From Dehalococcoidia bacterium (GTDB lineage Bacteria > Chloroflexota > Dehalococcoidia > Lucifugimonadales > VXLM01): a DNA stretch of 64,000 bases. Below are positions 19,067 through 28,143 of this stretch, in pieces (the first letter of the stretch is position 1; each line of letters opens with the position of its first letter). The stretch lies in the NCBI GenBank assembly GCA_963662435.1, contig OY759598.1, forward strand, positions 3,194,507 through 3,258,506. Direction: 5' to 3'. Under the pieces are notes generated by a model. The model was given only the letters and a program-made list of their open reading frames with translations. It did not search any database and was not told where the DNA came from. The position numbers and the translations under genes are program-made.

Positions 19067-20302
19067 TTACGCGCCTCCCCGATGAGTGTCATACGGTATA
19101 ACGCAGGTTACCGTCGTTCCGCGTCCAAACTCGCCCTGGCCCACTTCAAGACGGCCTCCCATTCGCTCGGCGTCCGCGCTCATGTTCCTGAAGCCGTGAC
19201 CGCGGTCCGCGTAGTCTTCGGGTAAGCCAATGCCGTCGTCCGACACCGACACTCGGAGGCCATCATCCTCGAAGCTCAGGGAGATGGTGACCTTATTCGC
19301 ATTCGCGTGGCGGAATGCGTTGGTCATGGCGTTGTGAGCTATCGAGAAGAGCAAGCGCCTGGTGACAGTAGGAAGCGGAGGCTCTCTGCCCGACTGGACC
19401 AGCACCGCCGGGATCGACGTGATCGTGGAGAACGTCGAGGCGTGCGACCTCAGCACCCTGCTCAACTCGCGACCTTCAAATATGGGCCCTACGTCGATGG
19501 GATGCCGTAACTCCCACATCGTCGACTTCGACAGCGCATGTGTGGCGGACAGTTTGGCGCGAAGCTCATCGCGGCTCTCACCCTCCCGTGCGTCCGCAAG
19601 CTCGATGGCGGTCTCGATGCCCAGGCCGATCATGTATGCGGACTGGGCGATGGTGTCATGAATGGTCTGCGAGAGCTCTATTCGCTCCCGCTGAAGTTCT
19701 CGCTCTCGTTCCACAGCCTCTCTCCTTCTAATCCGCTCGAACCTGGAGACCAGGTTGACCGAGGCGACGACCGCGTACATGACGGCGATCCTTGTGAACA
19801 GGACCTTCTCCTCCTTGATCTCGAACTCGACCCCCGGCTCCAGCAGCAGGCTCATGGCCGCGTATGCAGCCGCGACCATGGTGACACACGCGAAGCTGAG
19901 CCTGAAGGACGTGAACACCACGGCGAATATGGCGAGGGTGGCGTAGTACAGCATAAAGAAGGAGTTCTGAAACCCGCTGCCTGAGACAAAGATACCCGCC
20001 GTAATCATCGTCACGTCCATTGCGCTGAGAGCGAGCGCCCAGCGCCACGTCACCGGCCGGTTCGTCAAGATCCGGTAGTGAACGTAGGCGTTGAGGGCCA
20101 GCACTAATACAGCGAACAGCGTGCTTGGGATGTAGGCGGGATGCGCGAAATTGGGCCGGTAGTTGAACTGCAGCAGCCAGGCTATCAGGAGAAACCATCG
20201 CACCCATACAGAAATCCTCACGCCGTACAGCAGATCGTCCGGGCCGGTCCGGTCGGACGCCCGGTGGGACTCTGCAGCAGTGTCTTGTAGTGTCGTCTGC
20301 AA
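19067..20302 (-). CDS. Membrane sensor histidine kinase (HisKA_3 / NarX-UhpB type)
   Basis: About 6 TM helices, H-box ELSQTIHDTIAQ, NAFRHA, DDGIG, GHGFRNM. Start taken as the TTG at 20302 after GAGG. Confidence 0.9.
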   Translation of the reverse strand: MQTTLQDTAAESHRASDRTGPDDLLYGVRISVWVRWFLLIAWLLQFNYRPNFAHPAYIPSTLFAVLVLALNAYVHYRILTNRPVTWRWALALSAMDVTMITAGIFVSGSGFQNSFFMLYYATLAIFAVVFTSFRLSFACVTMVAAAYAAMSLLLEPGVEFEIKEEKVLFTRIAVMYAVVASVNLVSRFERIRRREAVERERELQRERIELSQTIHDTIAQSAYMIGLGIETAIELADAREGESRDELRAKLSATHALSKSTMWELRHPIDVGPIFEGRELSRVLRSHASTFSTITSIPAVLVQSGREPPLPTVTRRLLFSIAHNAMTNAFRHANANKVTISLSFEDDGLRVSVSDDGIGLPEDYADRGHGFRNMSADAERMGGRLEVGQGEFGRGTTVTCVIPYDTHRGGA

Positions 20303-20359
20303 ATCCTCGCCTCTATGCCTATAGCGTAGCCTGCTCAGCGGTGTTGGCAAGGTACGGCA

Positions 20360-20733
20360 GTACCTCAAGAGACAGATACTAAAGTACCTCTTAGATTCTG
20401 TACAACCGAACTTTACGGCGCTGTGGGCTAAAGTTGATATCCCCCTTCCTTCAACAGCGGACTATAGCAGCTTCGACTGGGGTTACAAGAAGTTACAGAG
20501 AAAAGCCTGACTTAACAGAATGATTGCACCCATTGCTGCATAGACCGCATAAGATTCCCCCAATGCCTGAAGGAGTTGCTCGATTGGCGAAAACTGAACT
20601 CGAATCGTCGTCGCTTGGCCCTACCCCCCGTGGCCTGGCGGGGCAAATCCAGTTCCCTCTGCGACTGCAGCCTTCGAGCGTACCTCAAGAGACGGGTACT
20701 AAAGTATCCCTCAGATTCGGTACAACCGAACCT
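20360..20733. promoter_or_regulatory. Two ~54-bp direct-repeat boxes (20360-20413 and 20680-20733) in the divergent intergenic region
   Basis: GTACCTCAAGAGACAGATACTAAAGTACCTCTTAGATTCTGTACAACCGAAC versus GTACCTCAAGAGACGGGTACTAAAGTATCCCTCAGATTCGGTACAACCGAAC, 320 bp apart. Confidence 0.75.
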
Positions 20734-20832
20734 TGTCGGCGCACCGGGGGAAAGGGAGTATGAGGCAAGTACCACGCACAGCGGAATTCGGAAGGTGTCA
20801 AACGACATTCAGCGAGTAATGGGGAGCCAGAC

Positions 20833-23800
20833 ATGAAACTCTGGAAATTTTTCGTCGCAGTGACGGCAGTTGCCGCCATAACGCTTCTAAGCGCTGGCGT
20901 GGTAGGCCTGACCCATACGGCTCAGGCGCAGACAGCTACGCCCACCGACTACGACACAGACGACGACGGCCTGATCGAAGTGGGCAGCCTGGCACAGCTG
21001 GACGCCATCCGCTACGACCTCGACGGCGACGGCTCCCCGACGGATTCCACCGCCTACGACGCCGCATTCCCCAACGCGGCGACCGGCATGGGTTGCCCAT
21101 CCACAGGCTGCACCGGCTATGAACTGACCACCAACCTCGACTTCGACACCAACGGGAACGGCGAAGCTGACGCGGGCGACGACTATTGGAACGACGGCGC
21201 GGGCTGGGAGCCCATCGGCACTGGGAACGTACCGTTCACTGTCACATTTGAGGGGAGCGGTAACACCATCTCCAGCATGTTTATCAACAGGCCGTCTGCT
21301 TGGCGTATCGCGCTGTTTGGGGAGGTAAGCAATACAGGCACTGTGCGAAACGTGGGGCTGACTGATGTGGATGTCACTGGCGGGACCGCAGTCGGCGGGC
21401 TGGTTGGTGTTAGCGAGGGAGCGATAACTGCTAGCTATGTTGAAGGGCGGATAGAAGGTGGCGCCACTGTTGGAGGACTGGTGGGTAAGAACGCTGGAGT
21501 CATAACTGCCAGCCATGTCGAGGGGCAAGTAGAAGGTGGCATAACCCTGACCGGCGGATTGGTGGGTGAAAACAACGGAACGATAACAGCCAGCTATGCT
21601 GCTGGGACTGTGTCCGGGGGCAGCGATGTCGGCGGGCTGGTGGGATGGAACAATGGCGCAACGATAAGCGCCAGTTATGCTGCCGTGACCGTATCCGGTA
21701 GTGGCAGGGTTGGCGGACTGGTAGGTGAAAACCTCGCAACGATACTTGCCTGTTATGCTATTGGGACTGTGTCCGGCAACGACGCGGTCGGCGGGCTGGT
21801 GGGCTACAACTTAGGAACGATATCGGCCAGCTATGCTACTGGCCCGACGTCTGGCCCGAGGCGCGTCGGCGGGCTGGCGGGCAGGAACCGGGGAGACATG
21901 CGCGAGGGGACGGCAATCGCCAGCTACTGGGACACCGAGACATCCGGCCAGTCCACCAGCGCTGGTGGTGTTGGGAAGACCACCAGCGAGTTGCAGTCCC
22001 CCACCGGCTACACGGGCATCTACGCCGACTGGAATGTGGTTCTGGACGGCGACGGCACCGGCGACGATCCGTGGGACTTCGGGACCTCGTCCGACTATCC
22101 GGTCATCGGCAACGACCCGACCGCAACCGGTACGCCGGTGTCCTCGCCCGGAGCCCCAACCATAGGCGTGGTCACTCCCGGAACGGGAACACTCGCCATC
22201 ACCTGGACGGCCCCTTCGAGCGACGGCGGTTCGGCGATCACCGCGTACGACCTGCGCCATATCGAGACCTCAGCCGACGAGACGGTCGACTCCAACTGGA
22301 CCGTGGTGGACGACGTGTGGACCACGGGCGGCGGGACTTTTCAGTACACCCTTACCGGACTCACCGGGGGCACGCAGTACGACCTCCAGATACGTGCCGT
22401 GAACGCCGCGGGAGACGGGCTCTGGTCTGCGACCGCAACCGGAACGCCAACGGCCGCTGCGGCAACATCGCCGATTGACTACGACACAGACGACGACGGC
22501 CTGATCGAAGTGGGCAGCCTGGCGCAGCTGGACGCTATCCGATACGACCTCGACGGCGACGGTTCCCCGACGGATTCCACCGCCTACGACGCCGCCTTCC
22601 CCAATGCGGCGACCGGCATGGGTTGCCCGTCCACAGGCTGCACCGGCTATGAACTGACCACCAACCTGGACTTCGACACCAACGGGAACGGCGAAGCTGA
22701 CGCGGGCGACGACTACTGGAACGGCGGCGCGGGCTGGGAACCCATCGGGACACTCACCGCCACGTTCGAGGGGAACGACAACATCATCTCCGGCCTGTTT
22801 ATCAACAGACTGTCTCTCGGTGTTGGACTATTCAGCTATGTGAACAGCACGGGGACAATTCGCAACGTGAGCTTGACCGGCGTGGATGTCACGGGCCATG
22901 GAGAGGTCGGAGGACTAGCTGGATCGAATCGGGGAACGATAACCGCCAGCCACGCTGAAGGAGAGGTAAACGGCGAGAGAGACGTCATTGGCGGGCTGGT
23001 GGGTCGGAATGATGGGACAATCACTGCTAGCTATGCCGTTGCGACTGTATCGAGCAGTAGGAGATACGCTGGCGGCCTGGTGGGCCGTAACGGCGGAACC
23101 ATCACCGCCAGCTATGCAACAGGGACGGTATCAGGTGAGAATCATGTAGGCGGGCTGGCCGGCGAAAACGGAGGGACAGGAACCATCGCCGCCAGTTACG
23201 CAACGGGGACAGTGTCCGGTGACAGTTTTGTCGCCGGGCTGGTGGGAAGTAACGCAGCATACGGCGGAACACCGCCGGGGGGGAGCTTCATCCTCTCCGG
23301 GACGGGGACCATCACCGCCAGCTACGCAACAGGGACAGTGTCCGGTGGATCTAATGTAGGCGGACTGGTTGGTGATAGCTACAAGGGCGCTGGTATCACC
23401 ACCAGCTACTGGGACACCCGGACATCCGGCCAGTCCACCAGCGACGGTGGCGTTGGGAAGACCACGAGCGAGTTGCAGTCGCCCATCGGCTACACGGGCA
23501 TCTACGCCGATTGGAACGTGGACCTGGACGGAGACGGCACCAACGACGACCCGTGGGACTTCGGCACCAATTCCGAGTATCCAGTCATCGACTATGTCCC
23601 GAGTGCGCCCGCTATGTCGCTCGGAGCTCCCACCATAGGCACGGTCACTCCCGGGGCGGGATCACTCGCCATATCCTGGACCGCTCCTTCAAGCGACGGC
23701 GGTTCGGCGGTCACCGCGTACGACCTGCGCCATATCGAGACCTCAGCCGACGAGACGGTCGACTCCAACTGGACCGTGGTGGACGACGTGTGGACCACGG

Positions 23801-26800
23801 GCGGCGGGACGCTCCAGTACACCCTTACCGGACTCACCGGGGGTACGCAGTACGACCTCCAGATACGGGCCGTGAACGCCGGGGGAGACGGCCCCTGGTC
23901 TGCGACCGCAACCGGAACGCCAACGACGGACACCTCCGCAAGCGCAGGCCTAACCGACCGCGAAATCCTGGTCGCCCTCTACAACGCCACCGACGGCGAC
24001 AACTGGGAGCGCAAGCGCCTGTGGCTCACCGACGCGCCTCTTGGAGAATGGCACGGCGTTAGCACCGACACAGAGGGGCGCGTTACACAACTACACCTCA
24101 ATTTGAACCAACTGAATGGAGAGATACCCACGGAACTGGGTAACCTCGCCAACCTGCAAGGGCTGTCCCTAGGTGGGAATCCTCAGTTGACTGGAGAGAT
24201 ACCCACGGAACTGGGTAACCTCGCCAACCTGCAAGGGCTATCCCTCGACAGTAACCGGTTGACCGGGGAGATACCTGAGGAGTTGGGCAACTTAGCAAAC
24301 TTACAGGAGCTACGCCTCACTGAGAACCAGTTGACTGGAGAGATACCCACGGAACTGGGTAACCTCGCCAACCTGCAAAGGCTGTACCTCGACATAAACC
24401 CGTTGACCGGGGAGATACCTGAGGAGTTGGGCAACTTAGCAAGCTTACAGACGCTACGCCTCACTAACAACCAGTTGATTGGAAAGATACCCACGGAACT
24501 TGGTAACCTCTCAAGCCTGCAATGGCTGTTCCTCGACAGAAACCAGTTAATTGGAGAGATACCTGAGGAGTTGGGTAACCTCTCAAGCCTCCGAAGGCTA
24601 TCCCTCGACAGGAACCAGTTGATTGGAGAGATACCCACGGAACTTGGTAACCTCTCAAACCTGCAATGGCTGTCCTTCGACAGGAATCAGTTGACTGGAG
24701 AGATACCCACGGAACTTGGTAACCTCTCAAACCTGCAATGGCTGTCCCTCAACAGGAATCAGTTGACTGGAGAGATACCCACGGAGTTGGGTAATCTCGC
24801 CAACCTCCGTGAGTTGAGCCTCTCGGAGAACCAGTTGACTGGGGAATTACCTGGGGAGTTGGGTAACCTCGCCAATCTTGAAGTATTGAACCTCCATTTG
24901 AACCTACTGAGCGGGGAGATACCCACTGAACTCGGCAACCTGTCAAACCTGCAAAGACTGTTCCTTAGCAGGAACCAGCTAACGGGGTCTATACCCACTG
25001 AACTCGGCAACCTGTCAAACCTGCAATTGCTGACCCTAAGTGAAAACGAGTTGACCGGGGAGCTTCCTCAAAGCCTTACAGGGCTAATGGCGCTGGCGGG
25101 GTTTTACTTCGAAAGCAACTCAGGGGTTTGTGCACCGATCGATCAGGCATTCCAGATATGGCTTCAGAGTCTATCCACGGTCAGGGGCAGCAGCTGCGCG
25201 CCAACAGACTCAGCAGAGGACCGGGCAGTGCTGATCGAGCTTTACGATGCCACTGACGGGGCGAATTGGACCAACAACACCAACTGGTTGAGCGACCGGT
25301 CAGTCAGGGAATGGTACGGAGTCACCAACGATGCTCATGGACGAGTCAATGGGCTGTACCTCTATAGCAACCAGTTGAGTGGGAGTATTCCAGCGGCGCT
25401 TGGGAGCTTGTCCAACCTTCAATCGTTATTCCTCACTGACAATCAGTTGACCGGAGAGATACCGAAGGAACTTGACAACCTCTCGAACTTGCAAAGGCTG
25501 TTCCTCCGCGGGAACCAGATAACCGGATGTATCCCCCAAGGATTGGGCAGTGTGAGAATCAATGATTTGGACCAGCTTGGTCTGTCACCCTGTTCAGGTT
25601 CAGCGTCGTCGCTCGGAGCTCCAACCATAGGTACGGTCACTCCCGGAACGGGATCACTCGCCATCACCTGGACGGTTCCCTCGAGCGACGGCGGTTCGGC
25701 GATCACCGCGTACGACCTGCGCCATATCGAGACCTCAGCCGACGAGACGGTCGACTCCAACTGGACCGTGGTGGACGACGTGTGGGCCACGGGCGGCGGG
25801 ACGCTCCAGTACACCCTTACCGGACTCACCGGTGGCACGCAGTACGACCTCCAGGTACGTGCCGTGAACGCCGGGGGAGACGGCCCCTGGTCTGCGACCG
25901 CAACCGGAACGCCAACGACGGACACCGACCGCGATATACTCGTCGCGCTCTACAACGCCACCGACGGCGCCAACTGGACGGACAACACGAGCTGGCTGAG
26001 CGACGAGCCGCTGGGCAATTGGCACGGCGTCGATACGGACCCAAATGGGCGGGTTACCGGGCTATCCCTTGGCTATAACAACGGCTTAACAGGCACAATA
26101 CCCGCCGAACTGGGCAACCTGTCTAATCTGGAGAGGCTGTCCCTCGGTCGCAACTATCTCACGGGCGCAATTCCGTCTCAATTGGGCAGCCTGTCTAACC
26201 TGGAAACTCTTTGGCTCGGCGACAACCAGTTGACAGGCGCTATACCGGCCGAACTGGGCAGCCTGTCCAACCTAGAGTATTTGGGTATCGAGGGCAACGG
26301 CTTGGCAGAAGCAATACCCGCCGAACTGGGCAACCTGTCCAGTCTGACTTGGCTGGCGCTCAACGGCAACCAACTGACAGGGGCGCTCCCACAGAGCTTC
26401 ACAAATCTGACTGCGCTTGATGACTTTGCCTTCAGCGATAACGCCGGACTTTGCGCGCCAACGGATGCAGCGTTCCAGACCTGGTTGCAAGGCATAAGCA
26501 ACAGCAACATGACGATTGAAGTCGCAATGCCCTACGGTCCGAATTGCATATCGTCAGAGCTAACCGACCGCGAAATCCTGACCGCCCTCTACAACGCCAC
26601 CGGCGGTGCCAACTGGACGGACAACACCAACTGGCTGAGCGACGAGCCGCTGGATGATTGGCATGGCGTCACCACGAACGCAGATGGAGGCGTTACTAAG
26701 TTGGATCTCACGAAGAATAGGTTGAGCGGGAGGATGCCGAGCCATCTGGGAGACCTATCGTCCCTCAGCGAGCTTCGATTGGCAAACAACCACCTGTCCG

Positions 26801-27816
26801 GTCCCATTCCGTCGGAGTTGGGCAAGTTGTCGTCCCTCACTCGCCTGGATCTGGAGAACAACGATCTGAGCGGTGCCATTCCATCGCAACTGGGCGGCCT
26901 GTCCGACTTGAGGGTCCTTCTCCTCGGCGACAATAACCTCGACGGCCATCTGCCCGCACAACTGGGCAACCTTGGCAGGCTGTCGTATATGAGGATCAGA
27001 AACAACGACCTGACCGGTCCGATCCCGCCCGAATTAGGCCGTCTGGAGAATCTCACTCACCTGTATGCCAACAATAACGACCTCGTCGGCTCCATACCTT
27101 CGGAGTTGGGCAACTTGTCGAACCTGAGATTCCTGTTCCTCAACAACAATGACCTGAGCGGATCAATACCTGCCGCGCTGGGCCAACTGGATAAGCTCGC
27201 CTACTTGTGGCTGAATCACAATGACCTGACCGGCCCCATACCTGGAGAATTGGGCGGTCTGCCCAACCTGGTTCGTCTCTACGTCAATCACAACAACCTG
27301 AGCGGGGCGATACCGCGCGGACTGGGCGGCCTGGACAAACTCGAACTGCTGTACGTGCACCGCAACAACCTTAGCGGGACGATACCGCGCGAACTGGGCG
27401 GCATGGCGAATCTGAAGCGGTTGTACGCATACGATAACGACCTGAGTGGGGCTATCCCGATAGAGTTGGGCAGATTTGCGAATCTGGAGCGATTACACAT
27501 CGCTCAAAACAATCTGAGCGGATCAATACCCTCGGAACTAGGGGACATAGCCAACCTTACTCACTTGATTCTGTCCGAGAACGACCTGACCGGCGGGATA
27601 CCGCCGAGTTTGGGCGGGCTGTCCAACTTGCAAGTGCTGTATCTGTACAACAATGAGCTATCGGGGGCGATACCAGCCGAGCTGGGCGACCTTTCTGATT
27701 TGATTCAACTGTACTTGGGCAACAACTACTTTGAAGGGTGCATACCGGCGAAACTGCGAGGCGTGCCCTCCAACGACCTTGACAGCCTTGGCCTGTCCGA
27801 CTGCGGCGGCAGATGA
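20833..27816 (+). CDS. Giant secreted protein: 2 GLUG-repeat modules, 3 fibronectin type III domains and 4 capped plant-type LRR arrays
   Basis: Signal peptide ending AQA; VGGLVG repeats; FN3 motifs WTAPSSDGGSAITAY...LTGLTGGTQYDLQIRAVN; 24-aa LxxLxLxxNxLTGEIPxELGNL repeats with N-caps (LVALYNATDG..W...WHGV). Confidence 0.95.
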   Translation: MKLWKFFVAVTAVAAITLLSAGVVGLTHTAQAQTATPTDYDTDDDGLIEVGSLAQLDAIRYDLDGDGSPTDSTAYDAAFPNAATGMGCPSTGCTGYELTTNLDFDTNGNGEADAGDDYWNDGAGWEPIGTGNVPFTVTFEGSGNTISSMFINRPSAWRIALFGEVSNTGTVRNVGLTDVDVTGGTAVGGLVGVSEGAITASYVEGRIEGGATVGGLVGKNAGVITASHVEGQVEGGITLTGGLVGENNGTITASYAAGTVSGGSDVGGLVGWNNGATISASYAAVTVSGSGRVGGLVGENLATILACYAIGTVSGNDAVGGLVGYNLGTISASYATGPTSGPRRVGGLAGRNRGDMREGTAIASYWDTETSGQSTSAGGVGKTTSELQSPTGYTGIYADWNVVLDGDGTGDDPWDFGTSSDYPVIGNDPTATGTPVSSPGAPTIGVVTPGTGTLAITWTAPSSDGGSAITAYDLRHIETSADETVDSNWTVVDDVWTTGGGTFQYTLTGLTGGTQYDLQIRAVNAAGDGLWSATATGTPTAAAATSPIDYDTDDDGLIEVGSLAQLDAIRYDLDGDGSPTDSTAYDAAFPNAATGMGCPSTGCTGYELTTNLDFDTNGNGEADAGDDYWNGGAGWEPIGTLTATFEGNDNIISGLFINRLSLGVGLFSYVNSTGTIRNVSLTGVDVTGHGEVGGLAGSNRGTITASHAEGEVNGERDVIGGLVGRNDGTITASYAVATVSSSRRYAGGLVGRNGGTITASYATGTVSGENHVGGLAGENGGTGTIAASYATGTVSGDSFVAGLVGSNAAYGGTPPGGSFILSGTGTITASYATGTVSGGSNVGGLVGDSYKGAGITTSYWDTRTSGQSTSDGGVGKTTSELQSPIGYTGIYADWNVDLDGDGTNDDPWDFGTNSEYPVIDYVPSAPAMSLGAPTIGTVTPGAGSLAISWTAPSSDGGSAVTAYDLRHIETSADETVDSNWTVVDDVWTTGGGTLQYTLTGLTGGTQYDLQIRAVNAGGDGPWSATATGTPTTDTSASAGLTDREILVALYNATDGDNWERKRLWLTDAPLGEWHGVSTDTEGRVTQLHLNLNQLNGEIPTELGNLANLQGLSLGGNPQLTGEIPTELGNLANLQGLSLDSNRLTGEIPEELGNLANLQELRLTENQLTGEIPTELGNLANLQRLYLDINPLTGEIPEELGNLASLQTLRLTNNQLIGKIPTELGNLSSLQWLFLDRNQLIGEIPEELGNLSSLRRLSLDRNQLIGEIPTELGNLSNLQWLSFDRNQLTGEIPTELGNLSNLQWLSLNRNQLTGEIPTELGNLANLRELSLSENQLTGELPGELGNLANLEVLNLHLNLLSGEIPTELGNLSNLQRLFLSRNQLTGSIPTELGNLSNLQLLTLSENELTGELPQSLTGLMALAGFYFESNSGVCAPIDQAFQIWLQSLSTVRGSSCAPTDSAEDRAVLIELYDATDGANWTNNTNWLSDRSVREWYGVTNDAHGRVNGLYLYSNQLSGSIPAALGSLSNLQSLFLTDNQLTGEIPKELDNLSNLQRLFLRGNQITGCIPQGLGSVRINDLDQLGLSPCSGSASSLGAPTIGTVTPGTGSLAITWTVPSSDGGSAITAYDLRHIETSADETVDSNWTVVDDVWATGGGTLQYTLTGLTGGTQYDLQVRAVNAGGDGPWSATATGTPTTDTDRDILVALYNATDGANWTDNTSWLSDEPLGNWHGVDTDPNGRVTGLSLGYNNGLTGTIPAELGNLSNLERLSLGRNYLTGAIPSQLGSLSNLETLWLGDNQLTGAIPAELGSLSNLEYLGIEGNGLAEAIPAELGNLSSLTWLALNGNQLTGALPQSFTNLTALDDFAFSDNAGLCAPTDAAFQTWLQGISNSNMTIEVAMPYGPNCISSELTDREILTALYNATGGANWTDNTNWLSDEPLDDWHGVTTNADGGVTKLDLTKNRLSGRMPSHLGDLSSLSELRLANNHLSGPIPSELGKLSSLTRLDLENNDLSGAIPSQLGGLSDLRVLLLGDNNLDGHLPAQLGNLGRLSYMRIRNNDLTGPIPPELGRLENLTHLYANNNDLVGSIPSELGNLSNLRFLFLNNNDLSGSIPAALGQLDKLAYLWLNHNDLTGPIPGELGGLPNLVRLYVNHNNLSGAIPRGLGGLDKLELLYVHRNNLSGTIPRELGGMANLKRLYAYDNDLSGAIPIELGRFANLERLHIAQNNLSGSIPSELGDIANLTHLILSENDLTGGIPPSLGGLSNLQVLYLYNNELSGAIPAELGDLSDLIQLYLGNNYFEGCIPAKLRGVPSNDLDSLGLSDCGGR

Positions 27817-27950
27817 TCTCCGCGGAACCAGTTGAGTGGAGAGACACCGTCGGAACTGGGAAGCTAAAGCAGATGAGCCTGAAGGACGACGAATTCAGCG
27901 GCGATGTCCAGGGTGAATGGGGAATCTCAACGATGCGTTGACCCACCTCT
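27817..27950 (+). pseudogene. Orphan degenerate LRR fragment
   Basis: Reads approximately LRGNQLSGETPSELGKLKQMSLKDDEFSGDVQGEWGISTM (with a frameshift) immediately after the stop of the LRR gene. Confidence 0.55.
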
Positions 27951-28143
27951 TCCTCGCTCGAAACAGCGGACTCATAAGGTGTGTACCGGCAGGACTGGTG
28001 ACGTAGCGAGGAAAGGCCAGACTCACACTAAGTGTCTGCACGGACCCTTAAACAGTGTGAAGAAGTCAGTCCAACTGAACCTTGCGGTGTCATGGGGATG
28101 CAGGCCAGTGTCAACATGATCATCTTGCGCAGAGGAGGCGACA

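Noticed and set aside
24100..25080. CRISPR-like or DGR-like appearance of the 72-bp periodic repeats
   Set aside because: These are in-frame LRR coding units with no unique spacers. There is no cas or reverse transcriptase gene in the window and no evident adenine-restricted variation.
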